Source: Elusimicrobiales bacterium | Lineage (GTDB): Bacteria > Elusimicrobiota > Elusimicrobia > Elusimicrobiales > UBA9959 | Assembly: GCA_049972095.1 (NCBI GenBank) | Contig: JBMFKQ010000016.1 | Location: 1 to 35,586, forward strand | Direction of reading: 5' to 3' | Length of the DNA: 35,586 nt | Part shown: in pieces, positions 18,192 through 27,409 of the stretch | Numbering within the stretch: the first letter of the stretch is position 1 | Layout: each line of letters starts with the position of its first letter | The notes under the pieces: generated by a model | Told to the model about the DNA's origin: nothing | The model's database searches: none | What the model saw: the letters and a program-made list of their open reading frames with translations, nothing else | Position numbers and translations under genes: made by a program

Positions 18192-20276
18192 CTAAAAATT
18201 ACTGAAATCATCTGTTTTTTCTTCCTTGATATTTATCCCGGCAAGCGAGGCTATTGAAACCTCAACGAAAAAAGGTCTTTGGGTTAAACTGGTAACATCC
18301 TGATGCGAAACACCTTCACTTCTCATTATGTTTAGCAAAAACTGTGAGCATGTTTTTCCTCCACATGCACCCATACCAACCCTTGTAAGGCTTTTTAGCT
18401 GGTTTAGGTCTTTTACTCCCTTTCTTATCCACTTTCTTATCTCACCAAGACTAACCCTTTCGCATCTACACACAACAGTTGTATCAGGCATAAGCTTTAT
18501 ATCCTCTATGCTTGTGTATTTAAACCCATCAATCATTCTCAAAGAGGTTATCTCATCAGCAATATCTGAAGGAACTCTAATAGCAACAGCAAGCGTTTTG
18601 TCAGCTTTAAAATTTCTAACATCCTCTATTTCAAACTCCCCTTTTATATCTCCATCCTCATCTGTAGCCAAAATTTTCATGCCTTTTTCAAAATTTCTAT
18701 CAAACTCAACGGGCAACCATACGATTGGATTATCCCTATCTCTTCTTTTATCAACTATTGTAATTGCAAGGCCTGGGCATATAACAAGACATCTAAAACA
18801 TCCAATACACTCTCCATCAAAATAAGGTGTGCTCATTATTGTAGCTCCACTCAACTTTATTGATTTCTTAGGACATACTGTCACACATGGATTACAGGGG
18901 ATCTCCTCATAGCAGTGTATAACAGGATATATCAAACCCTCTGATTTTCTTCTTCGCTTTTCATATTTCCCAGGCCTTGACTTAAGTATCTCAAGCTTAT
19001 CATACCAAAACTTTGGAACCTCATTTGTAACAAAGCCAAGATGTTTCAAAACATTATGAGCAGCTATCTTTCCACTAAACATCGCTGCTGATGCCTCTGC
19101 AACCTCATGCGCATCTCCACAGACATATGACGGAATGCCAAATTTCTTTGCCTCCTCATAAAGCTCATTTACGCTTAAAAGCCCTGCAGCAACAAGAATT
19201 GTATCAACATCAAAAATCTTGTATGTCCCTTCCTTTATTCTATATTTTTCATCAACCTCTGCTATAATAACCCTCTCAACATAACCATTCCCTTCAGCTC
19301 TAACAATTGTATGTCTTGTGAATATCTTTACCCCAAGCCTTTTTATCTTATCCTCATGAACCTTATAACCACTGCATCTATCAAAAATCTCACAAAGCCC
19401 TACAACATCAATACCTGCCTGAAGGGCATGATATGCTGCTATAAGCCCAACATTCCCTCCTCCCACAATGAATATTCTTTTACATGGTTTTACAAGGTCT
19501 CTGTTTATAAGCGTCTGAAATGCACCTGCTCCATAAACCCCAACAAGTGTATTACCTTCAAAAAGAAGCATCTTTTCTCTTGCACCTGTCGCAAAAACAA
19601 CAACCTTTGGTTTTATAAGATAGCATACCTCATTTTCTCTTATCACACCTATTTTCTTATCAGAAAACACACCAAAAACCACACTTTCTGTCAAAACCTT
19701 TATAGATGGATATTTATTGATCTCATGTTCAAGTCTATCAGCTATGTCAATTCCTCTTGTTCCTGCATAGCAATCATCCACAGAGCCAAAAAATTTGTGT
19801 GTTTGAAGAAGAAGCTTTCCGCCAAGCCTTGATTTATCATCAACAATCATAACATCCAAGTTAAACCTTCCAAGCTCAATTGCACAGCTCATACCACTTG
19901 GTCCGCCACCGACAACAAGCACATCGGTTTCAATCTCCTCTATCTTTGAGTATGTAAAGTCTTTTTTAACTGGTTTTACCTTAGCAGCACCCCTAAGAGT
20001 TTCAATATTCATACCCTTATGAAGGGGAGTTATGCAAGCCTTTAAAACCCTACCATCAATCACAACACTACACTGAGCACATTGCCCATTTGCACAGAAA
20101 ATACCCTGAGGTACTGAGTCTTTTTTATGATAGCTGAATATGTTTATACCATTTGCTATGAGAGCAGATGAAACAGCCTCACCCTCGTATCCAATGTATC
20201 TTTTACCATCAAAGTAAAACTCAACTTCCTTTCTTTCAGTAATGTCTATAATAGGATGTTTCTTTATCCTCTCCAT
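18192..20276 (-). CDS. Multidomain oxidoreductase alpha-like subunit: N-terminal [2Fe-2S] domain, FAD/NAD(P)-binding pyridine-nucleotide oxidoreductase core, 2x[4Fe-4S] ferredoxin motifs, C-terminal BFD-like [2Fe-2S] domain
   Basis: 'CANGQCAQCSVVIDG' (2Fe-2S). 'VLVVGGGPSGMSCA' and 'IFIVGGGNVGLIAA' dinucleotide folds. 'CNPCVTVCPK' and 'CIGCFRCLVICP' (4Fe-4S). 'CRCERVSLGEI' (BFD-like). Stop is TAG. Confidence 0.75.
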   Translation of the reverse strand: MERIKKHPIIDITERKEVEFYFDGKRYIGYEGEAVSSALIANGINIFSYHKKDSVPQGIFCANGQCAQCSVVIDGRVLKACITPLHKGMNIETLRGAAKVKPVKKDFTYSKIEEIETDVLVVGGGPSGMSCAIELGRFNLDVMIVDDKSRLGGKLLLQTHKFFGSVDDCYAGTRGIDIADRLEHEINKYPSIKVLTESVVFGVFSDKKIGVIRENEVCYLIKPKVVVFATGAREKMLLFEGNTLVGVYGAGAFQTLINRDLVKPCKRIFIVGGGNVGLIAAYHALQAGIDVVGLCEIFDRCSGYKVHEDKIKRLGVKIFTRHTIVRAEGNGYVERVIIAEVDEKYRIKEGTYKIFDVDTILVAAGLLSVNELYEEAKKFGIPSYVCGDAHEVAEASAAMFSGKIAAHNVLKHLGFVTNEVPKFWYDKLEILKSRPGKYEKRRRKSEGLIYPVIHCYEEIPCNPCVTVCPKKSIKLSGATIMSTPYFDGECIGCFRCLVICPGLAITIVDKRRDRDNPIVWLPVEFDRNFEKGMKILATDEDGDIKGEFEIEDVRNFKADKTLAVAIRVPSDIADEITSLRMIDGFKYTSIEDIKLMPDTTVVCRCERVSLGEIRKWIRKGVKDLNQLKSLTRVGMGACGGKTCSQFLLNIMRSEGVSHQDVTSLTQRPFFVEVSIASLAGINIKEEKTDDFSNF

Positions 20277-20346
20277 AGTCTTAATAGTCTTAAAACTCTA
20301 TTTTACTAAAAAAATTATATAATATTTAAAAAAGATGGAGGATTAG

Positions 20347-21876
20347 ATGTTTAAAAAAACACTATCAACAATATCAGTTTTTTTTACATTCTTATCAGGA
20401 GTATCAGCTATGAGTGAAACTACAGCAGAAAAACTAAAAAAAATGGGAGCAGTTATTGAAACAGATCCAAACTATCCACCTGTAATACACTACAGAATGA
20501 AAAACGGCTTAAATCTACTTATTCTTGAAAAAAGATATATTCCAACAGTTTCTTTTGCTATGATGTTTAGGGTTGGAAATGTTGATAATCAACAGGGGCA
20601 AAGTGGACTTGCTCATCTTTTTGAACATATGGCGTTTAAGGGAACAAAAAAAATAGGCACAACTAACTATAGAGAAGAAAAAAAGATTCTTGAACAGATA
20701 GATAAAATTCAAGAAGAAATAACAGCTGAAAATAAAAAATACATTAAAGATGAAGAAAAGATAGATAATCTCAAAAAAGAGGCTGAGAGGCTTGAAAAAG
20801 AGGCTGAGAGATATCAGGTTAGAGAGGAATTTTGGAAGATATATAATACCCTAGGGCAGAATTCAATGAATGCATTTACATCAACTGACTACACAGGATA
20901 TATTGTTGAGCTTCCCTCTGATAGAATTGAGTCATTTTTCATAATTGAGTCAGATAGATTTAAAAATCCAGTGTTGAGAGACTTTTATAAGGAAAGAAGT
21001 GTTGTTCTTGAAGAGTTAAGAATGGATAAATCAGACCCATCAAGGGTGAGCTGGGAAGCACTTCTCTCACATGCATTTATAGCACATCCTTATCATAATC
21101 CAACAATAGGATGGGAGGATGATGTTGCAAATCTAACAAGAAAGGATGCTGAAAATTTCTACAGGAAATTTTATGGTCCAAACAATGCAACACTTGCTGT
21201 CGTTGGGGATGTAGATGCTGTAAAGGTTATAGAGCTTGCAGAAAAATATTTTTCATCATGGAAACCTGTTAAGCTACCAAACACCTTTTATACAAAAGAA
21301 CCTCCACAGAATGCACAAAATGTAATAAAGGTCTTTTTCCCAGCAAAACCACTTTTAAAGATTGGATTTAAAAATCCAGGGATGAACTCACCTGATATGC
21401 CAGCACTTATAGTTGCAAGCGAGATTCTTTCAAATGGCAATACCTCAAGACTTTATAAAAGGCTTGTAGAGGAAAAACAAACAGCTTTATACATTGCTTC
21501 ATACCACTCAGTACCTGGTGATAGATACCCCTCACTTTTTACCATAGTATCAGCACCTAAGGGTAGCACAACGGTTGAAGAGCTTGACAAAGATATAATG
21601 GATGAGATAAGAGGTATAAAAGATAATCCACCAACAAAGTGGGAGATAGAGAAAGTTATAAACAACTACGAGATGTCGGTTATAACATCGCTTGAAAAAA
21701 ATCTTGAGTTTGCAATAAAGCTTGCATATAATCAGCAAATAATGGGAGATTGGAGGTTTTCATGGAAACAGCTTGAGGAGATAAGAAAGGTTAGACCAGA
21801 GGATGTAGTGCAGGTTATTGAAAAATATTTAACACCAGAAAATAGAACCGCAGTCTATCTTATTGAAAAGAGGTAA
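20347..21876 (+). CDS. M16 family zinc peptidase (pitrilysin-like), active subunit, secreted
   Basis: Inverted zinc motif HxxEH 'HLFEHMAF' plus downstream 'RSVVLEELRMD' glutamate. N-terminal signal peptide. Coiled-coil insertion containing a 21-bp direct repeat (KKEAERLEKEAER). Confidence 0.85.
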   Translation: MFKKTLSTISVFFTFLSGVSAMSETTAEKLKKMGAVIETDPNYPPVIHYRMKNGLNLLILEKRYIPTVSFAMMFRVGNVDNQQGQSGLAHLFEHMAFKGTKKIGTTNYREEKKILEQIDKIQEEITAENKKYIKDEEKIDNLKKEAERLEKEAERYQVREEFWKIYNTLGQNSMNAFTSTDYTGYIVELPSDRIESFFIIESDRFKNPVLRDFYKERSVVLEELRMDKSDPSRVSWEALLSHAFIAHPYHNPTIGWEDDVANLTRKDAENFYRKFYGPNNATLAVVGDVDAVKVIELAEKYFSSWKPVKLPNTFYTKEPPQNAQNVIKVFFPAKPLLKIGFKNPGMNSPDMPALIVASEILSNGNTSRLYKRLVEEKQTALYIASYHSVPGDRYPSLFTIVSAPKGSTTVEELDKDIMDEIRGIKDNPPTKWEIEKVINNYEMSVITSLEKNLEFAIKLAYNQQIMGDWRFSWKQLEEIRKVRPEDVVQVIEKYLTPENRTAVYLIEKR

Positions 21877-21885
21877 GGAGATATC

Positions 21886-23265
21886 ATGGAAAAAATAATA
21901 TCAGGAGTTATTCTTATGACAACATTAAACCTCAATTCATCAATTAATCTTCCCTCATATAAAAACATTGACTTCAAACCCAAAAGGCCAAATGTTGTTC
22001 TTCTTGAAAATGGCATAAGACTCTACATTGAAGAGGACAAAACACTCCCACTTGTAAGAATAGCAGTCTTTATGCGAGGTGGTAAGGTAGCTGATCCAAA
22101 GGAAAAGGTTGGTCTTGGTGAGCTTTTTTTTGCTGCATGGAGAGAGGGAGGTAGCAAAAAATACTCTCCAGATGAAATAGACAAAACACTTGAATACTAT
22201 GCAGCAGAGATATCTGCAAAGATAAATATGGAGGATTCATCTATTTCAATGATATCACACAAGAAAAGCTTTGACAAAATATTTGATATATTTTCCGACC
22301 TTATAAAAAATCCTGCATTTGACGAAAAAAAGTTTGAACTAAAAAAATTTGAAGCCCTTGAGATGATAAAAAGAAGAAATGATAAGCCGCAAGATCAGGC
22401 TATAAGAGAGGCAATGAGAATGTTTTTTGGCAAAGATCACCCTTATGGCAGAAGAACAGAAAATGAGACTATAAATGCAATAACAAGAGATGATATGTTT
22501 GCTTATCATAGGGAAAACTTTGTTGGCTCAAATATGATAATAGTTGCTGCGGGTGATTTTAACCAAGATGAGATTATAAAAAAACTTAAAGATACTTTTT
22601 CAGATATACCTAAGGGTGATTTTAAAATCCCTGATATACCACAACCGGCAATTCCTCAGTCAACAAAAATATATGCAATAAATAAACCTCTTAGACAAAG
22701 CACAGTTGTAATACTTATGGAAGGGCCTAAAAGACATGACCCTTCAGAGTTTGCTCTATCTGTTCTTTCAGAGTATATGGGTGGAGGAATACAGTCGGTT
22801 CTTGGCAACGAAATAAGATCAAAAAGGGGGCTTGCTTACTCTGTTTACTCTTATTTTGGCAAAAGAGATAAATCTGGATTTGTGCTTACATATGTAGGAA
22901 CAAAACCTGAGAGTGTTGTTGAAGCAGTAAAACAGATACTTATTGAGTTTGAAAAAGCAAAGAAGGCTGATATAAAAGAAAACGAGCTTGAAATGGCAAA
23001 ATCACAGATCATAAACTCATTCGTCTTTAGATTCCCTACAGTCTTTGACCTGCTTGAAGAGTTTGCAGGATATGATCACTACGGCTATGAAAAAGACTAT
23101 CTTGAAAAATATACTGAAAGAATAAATTCAGTATCAAAGGATGAGGTAATTAATGTTGCCAAAAAGTTCTATTCAACAGAAAAACCACTTATATTTATAA
23201 TTGGCGATACCACAAAATCAAAAATAGAAGAGCTTGGCAGTGTTGAATTTCTTAAAGAAGATTGA
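21886..23265 (+). CDS. M16 family peptidase, non-catalytic (beta-like) subunit
   Basis: Same fold and length class as the upstream gene but lacks HxxEH ('GELFFAAWREGGSK' in its place). 9-bp spacing from the upstream gene. Confidence 0.75.
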   Translation: MEKIISGVILMTTLNLNSSINLPSYKNIDFKPKRPNVVLLENGIRLYIEEDKTLPLVRIAVFMRGGKVADPKEKVGLGELFFAAWREGGSKKYSPDEIDKTLEYYAAEISAKINMEDSSISMISHKKSFDKIFDIFSDLIKNPAFDEKKFELKKFEALEMIKRRNDKPQDQAIREAMRMFFGKDHPYGRRTENETINAITRDDMFAYHRENFVGSNMIIVAAGDFNQDEIIKKLKDTFSDIPKGDFKIPDIPQPAIPQSTKIYAINKPLRQSTVVILMEGPKRHDPSEFALSVLSEYMGGGIQSVLGNEIRSKRGLAYSVYSYFGKRDKSGFVLTYVGTKPESVVEAVKQILIEFEKAKKADIKENELEMAKSQIINSFVFRFPTVFDLLEEFAGYDHYGYEKDYLEKYTERINSVSKDEVINVAKKFYSTEKPLIFIIGDTTKSKIEELGSVEFLKED

Positions 23266-23307
23266 TCAGTAAAGTGAAGGTATCTTACATCAAGTAAAAT
23301 CTTTATA

Positions 23308-23539
23308 ATGGAAAAAATAAATCTTTCAATTATAATCCCATCTTACAACGAAAGAAAAACAATTGAAACTGTTTTAAATAGAATCAATAACCTTAAAATT
23401 GAGGGCTTTTGAGGTTATAATTGTTGATGATGGCTCGCAGGATATGACCTATGAGTTTATAAACTCTATAAAGCTTTTGGATATTCAGAATCGTTGTTTT
23501 GTTAAATCCTATCATATCAGTTTTTCAGTTGTATCATAG
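23308..23539 (+). pseudogene. Family 2 glycosyltransferase remnant (N-terminal ~75 aa only), frameshifted
   Basis: 'LSIIIPSYNERKTIETVLNRI...IEGF' then TGA at 23410-23412. The +1 frame continues 'EVIIVDDGSQDMTYEFINS...'. This is consistent with a single extra T in the run at 23407-23410. The gene is also truncated far short of a full GT2. Confidence 0.55.
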
Positions 23540-23572
23540 TTCTATGCACAATTATGGGACACTATAAAAAAA

Positions 23573-24994
23573 TTATATTCCTATCTCTTTATCACATCTA
23601 TTCATTTTATAAAACATTATCAATTCTGGATTTATAACGGGACGATTTATCTCTATCTGATTTCTTATAGAATTACATATAGCTTTCTCTTCACTGCTAA
23701 GGGGAATAAGGCTCTCAAGTAAAGAATTGATTTTCTGCACGCCAGTACCACTACCATGGTAATAAGAAGCCCTTCGGACAAGTCTTCCTTTCTCAAGTGC
23801 ATCTACATTACCTGTAATCCAAACAATCAGTGATGCTAAATCAGAATCAAAATACTCGCCACCCTTTTGAAAGGTTATGGTTTTATTAATCTCATCTATA
23901 ATAATCTTTTTTCGAGCTGAAATTTTTTGTAAATATCTATAAAACTCATTAGACACAATAAAGACAATAGTTCCATCTTTTCTTGTAATCTTCTTAATTT
24001 TAGAATTCATGTTTTCCTCTATCTCATAAGAGATCTGGATATCTCTGTTTAGAATATATCTAACCTGCTCTGAGTCTCCACTGACAAGTATACCAATTAT
24101 CCTTTTAGTATAAGAGTCAAAAACAGGTGAGCCTGAATTTCCGCCAAACGCATCTAAGTCGGTGTTAAATTGTGTTTTACCTACTATGTAAATCTTAGCA
24201 TCCTTTGGATCTGTAATTTTGACAGACATTCCTTTCGGATAACCGATAGTAAAAACCTCTCTATCCTTAACAACAAAACTACCATCTCTATCGATAGAAA
24301 GTTCTTGAACTCCTTTAACAGCTCGTTTTAACAAAGCAAGGGCATAATCTTCATAAATATCTTCGTATCCTATAAATTCATCAGAAAGCTTACGCACAAT
24401 GATCCTTTCAATTTCATAAACATCATCTTCAGAAAATTCAAGATTATACTGACCTTTGCCAGTTTGTCGCCAACCAAAAACCACATAGACATCTTTATAT
24501 GAATTGTTATCTATACAATGCCCAGCAGTTAAAATCAATCTCTTGCCTACAAGTGAAGCAGAGCAAAATGCAAGTTGTAGCTGGTCACTGAAATCTTCAT
24601 CATCAGCTAAATAAGAACTTTCTTTCAACACTTTTGTAACTGCAATATATTTTTGCCTTTTCTCATCAAAGAGCAAAGAACTTTTCCTTACAAGAGCAGG
24701 AACAGAATGCGATAATTCCTGCAATGACCTTTTAACAGCATAATAATCCATTATAGTATTCTTCCCATATACAGCAACATCTTGTATTGTTGGCTGCTGA
24801 ATAGAGTTATCAAAAGTAGCTTTTGGAAGAGGGAGATTATTTGAATTACCTCTGATCTTATTCAAGTCAATATATCCAAAATCATCTTTTGGGGCATTTC
24901 TGAAATCTCGTCTTTTAAATTCTGTTTTAATTCCCCAAAAAATCCAAAAAACTATAACAGCTAAGAAAAGACTTACTAAAACATTCTTTCTCAT
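23573..24994 (-). CDS. Membrane-anchored trypsin-like serine protease (S1B/Trypsin_2-like) with uncharacterised N-terminal linker (~110 aa) and C-terminal domain (~140 aa)
   Basis: N-terminal TM 'VLVSLFLAVIVFWIFWGI'. Catalytic His motif 'LILTAGHCI'. Asp in 'YEDYALALLKRAV'. Ser motif 'GGNSGSPVFD' as in V8/glutamyl endopeptidases. Confidence 0.7.
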   Translation of the reverse strand: MRKNVLVSLFLAVIVFWIFWGIKTEFKRRDFRNAPKDDFGYIDLNKIRGNSNNLPLPKATFDNSIQQPTIQDVAVYGKNTIMDYYAVKRSLQELSHSVPALVRKSSLLFDEKRQKYIAVTKVLKESSYLADDEDFSDQLQLAFCSASLVGKRLILTAGHCIDNNSYKDVYVVFGWRQTGKGQYNLEFSEDDVYEIERIIVRKLSDEFIGYEDIYEDYALALLKRAVKGVQELSIDRDGSFVVKDREVFTIGYPKGMSVKITDPKDAKIYIVGKTQFNTDLDAFGGNSGSPVFDSYTKRIIGILVSGDSEQVRYILNRDIQISYEIEENMNSKIKKITRKDGTIVFIVSNEFYRYLQKISARKKIIIDEINKTITFQKGGEYFDSDLASLIVWITGNVDALEKGRLVRRASYYHGSGTGVQKINSLLESLIPLSSEEKAICNSIRNQIEINRPVINPELIMFYKMNRCDKEIGI

Positions 24995-25114
24995 AATGCC
25001 TCCTTCTTAAGTTATAACCCAAATATCTTTAGCTGTCAAGTGACCAAAGAAATATATACATTACTTAAAGACAGGAAGAAGAAATTCACTCTTATAAATT
25101 TTTTAACACCCCCA

Positions 25115-26272
25115 TCATTCTTCTTTGAATATCTCCTTTTTTATTCCGGGAATAATGCTTGAGCGTGGGTCAGTTTTTTGCTGGATTTCAAGAAAAGTAG
25201 GATATACCTCTTCAAATGCATCAACGACATGTGGATCAAAAGATTTACCCCTTTCAGACAGCACATAGTTTTTTGCTTCTTCAAGTTTCCAGGCTGGTTT
25301 ATAAACCCTTGCACTACAAAGAGCATCAAAAACATCGGCAACCGAAACTATTCTTGCTTCAAGTGGTATCATCTCACCTTTAAGCTTGTAAGGATATCCT
25401 GTCCCATCAAATTTTTCATGATGGCTCTGAGCTATTCTACAGGCAATTTGAAGCAGATGACTTCTTGCATTTGAAAGGATCCTTGCACCATAGAGTGTAT
25501 GTTTTTTCATCTCCTCAAACTCCTCCGGTGTAAGCCTTGCTGGCTTTAGGAGTATTGAATCACTTATAGCAACCTTACCTATATCATGAAGAGGACTTGC
25601 GTATTTTATATTCTCAACCAACTTGGAATCAAGTCCGATAGCCTTTGCTAACAGCTCAGAATACTCGCTTATATGCCTAAGATGCACAGCTGTATCATGC
25701 TGATCACGATATTCTGCGGTTATAGCAAGACGGTATATGGTTTCAAGCTGAGATTGGTAGAGATCTTCATAAAGCTGAGCATTCTCTATAGCACTTGCGG
25801 CAAGAGAGCTTATGAGTTTCAAAATCCCTTCATCCTCACTGTCAAAAGGCCCATTTATCTTGTTTATAACCTCAAAAACACCTATTATTTTCCCGGAAGT
25901 ATTTTTAAGAGGTACAGCCAGCACATTTACAGTTCTAAATCGGGTTATTCTATCTATTTCAGGATTAAATTTATCAGATCTGTAGGCATCAGCTATGTTT
26001 AGAGATTGCCCGGTTTTAGCAACCCATCCAACAATTCCTTTACCCAATGGAACTCGTATCTCAGAACTACTTATACCGATTGCCATTTTTGACCACAGTT
26101 CTTCATTCTTTTCGTCAAGTATAAAAATAGAACATCTTTGTGCCGAAAGGATTTTCTTAACCTGCCAGGCTATAATTTCAAGAAGCTTTGAAAGGTTTGT
26201 CTCTTTACTAATTAATGCTCCAAACTGAACAAGCAGGTTTAATCTATATTCAAGCTCTTCAGCATTCTTCAT
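25115..26272 (-). CDS. GAF domain + HD-GYP domain protein (predicted c-di-GMP phosphodiesterase)
   Basis: N-terminal GAF-like region. 'PLHDIGKVAI' (HD) and 'HHEKFDGTGYPYKL' (GYP) motifs. Confidence 0.8.
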   Translation of the reverse strand: MKNAEELEYRLNLLVQFGALISKETNLSKLLEIIAWQVKKILSAQRCSIFILDEKNEELWSKMAIGISSSEIRVPLGKGIVGWVAKTGQSLNIADAYRSDKFNPEIDRITRFRTVNVLAVPLKNTSGKIIGVFEVINKINGPFDSEDEGILKLISSLAASAIENAQLYEDLYQSQLETIYRLAITAEYRDQHDTAVHLRHISEYSELLAKAIGLDSKLVENIKYASPLHDIGKVAISDSILLKPARLTPEEFEEMKKHTLYGARILSNARSHLLQIACRIAQSHHEKFDGTGYPYKLKGEMIPLEARIVSVADVFDALCSARVYKPAWKLEEAKNYVLSERGKSFDPHVVDAFEEVYPTFLEIQQKTDPRSSIIPGIKKEIFKEE

Positions 26273-26310
26273 AACTTAACTATATTTTAGCATTATTCTT
26301 TTTAGTGATG

Positions 26311-27342
26311 TTAAATTATTCTCACACTTGAAAGATATTTTGCTACATAAAAAAGAAAGATTGTAACAAAAACAAGCATAAAAATACCAGCTCCAAGTCC
26401 AACCTTCGTCAGAAAAAATGAAAAGAAAGACATAATGATTAAAAACACAGAAGTTAAAATAACTATTTTAATCCTTGAATAACCCATCATCTCAAGTCTG
26501 ATAGCAAAATGATCCTTACTTCCTTTAAAAGGCGACATACCTCTTTTTATTCTCATATACGAAACATAGAGGGTGTCAAAAATAGCAACAGAAAGAATAA
26601 AAAGTGGAGAATAAACAGCAAGAGGATTTGTTTCTGAATAACGTGCCCCAAGAGAGATAACTGCAAGGATAAAACCACAGAAAAGGCTTCCGCTGTCACC
26701 AAGAAATATCTTTAACCTTTTACTCATATTAAAAGGCATAAAACCTAAAACTGAAAAACCAAGAATCCCTGCAAGAAGATTAACATAAAGTTCCTCCTGA
26801 GGAAGGGTTATAAAATAGAATGCAAATGATGCTATTATAATCTGTGATGAGGAAAGCCCATCCATTATGTCTATTATATTTATGGCATTGGTGATCCCAA
26901 CTATCCATAAAACACTTAAAATATAGGCTATATAGTCAGGTGAGATAAAGTTTATTTTAAAACCCCTCAAAACCATAAAAGATGCAATTATAACCTCCAT
27001 TACAAATTTAACCTCAGCTCTTATACCACCCGGCTTTTTTATGTCATCAATAAGTCCCATCAGAAAAACAACCCCTGCACCCAAGGTTATATATCTAAGC
27101 TCTCTTAAAGTTCCACTTGGAAAATGTGTCATAAATCTTATTATTAGAAGTGAAATAACAAACGAGATAAAAACTGCAACCCCACCCGAATGAGGTATCA
27201 TCCCACGATGAGTTTTTATCTCACCAGGAATATCATACATACCCAGTCTGATATAGAGATTTCTCATAATTGGATTTAGAAGAATTGAAAATATAAAAGC
27301 CATAAAAAAATATGCTAACAAACTACTAAAAATCATACACAT
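26311..27342 (-). CDS. Glycosyltransferase family 4 polyprenyl-phosphate hexose-1-phosphate transferase (WecA/MraY family)
   Basis: About 10 TM helices. 'NAINIIDIMDGLSS' loop motif. N-terminal '...MYDIPGEIKTHRGMIPHSGG' typical of WecA-type enzymes. Confidence 0.75.
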   Translation of the reverse strand: MCMIFSSLLAYFFMAFIFSILLNPIMRNLYIRLGMYDIPGEIKTHRGMIPHSGGVAVFISFVISLLIIRFMTHFPSGTLRELRYITLGAGVVFLMGLIDDIKKPGGIRAEVKFVMEVIIASFMVLRGFKINFISPDYIAYILSVLWIVGITNAINIIDIMDGLSSSQIIIASFAFYFITLPQEELYVNLLAGILGFSVLGFMPFNMSKRLKIFLGDSGSLFCGFILAVISLGARYSETNPLAVYSPLFILSVAIFDTLYVSYMRIKRGMSPFKGSKDHFAIRLEMMGYSRIKIVILTSVFLIIMSFFSFFLTKVGLGAGIFMLVFVTIFLFYVAKYLSSVRII

Positions 27343-27409
27343 CTAATTATATAACAATATAACAATTTTGTAAAATGTTTATAAATCAGCAATAACAAAG
27401 GAGGTTGAT

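Noticed and set aside
18328-19832. Two plus-strand ORFs (165 aa and 173 aa) inside the large oxidoreductase gene
   Set aside because: They are antisense to a gene with multiple Fe-S and FAD motifs. Their composition is Ser/Leu/Ile-rich, typical of antisense frames in AT-rich DNA.
20296-20346. Explicit -35/-10 promoter call for the M16 operon (tataat-like hexamer near 20319-20324, GGAG RBS at 20338-20341)
   Set aside because: In DNA this AT-rich, TATAAT-like hexamers occur by chance every few hundred bp. Without a convincing -35 at correct spacing I do not list it as a feature.
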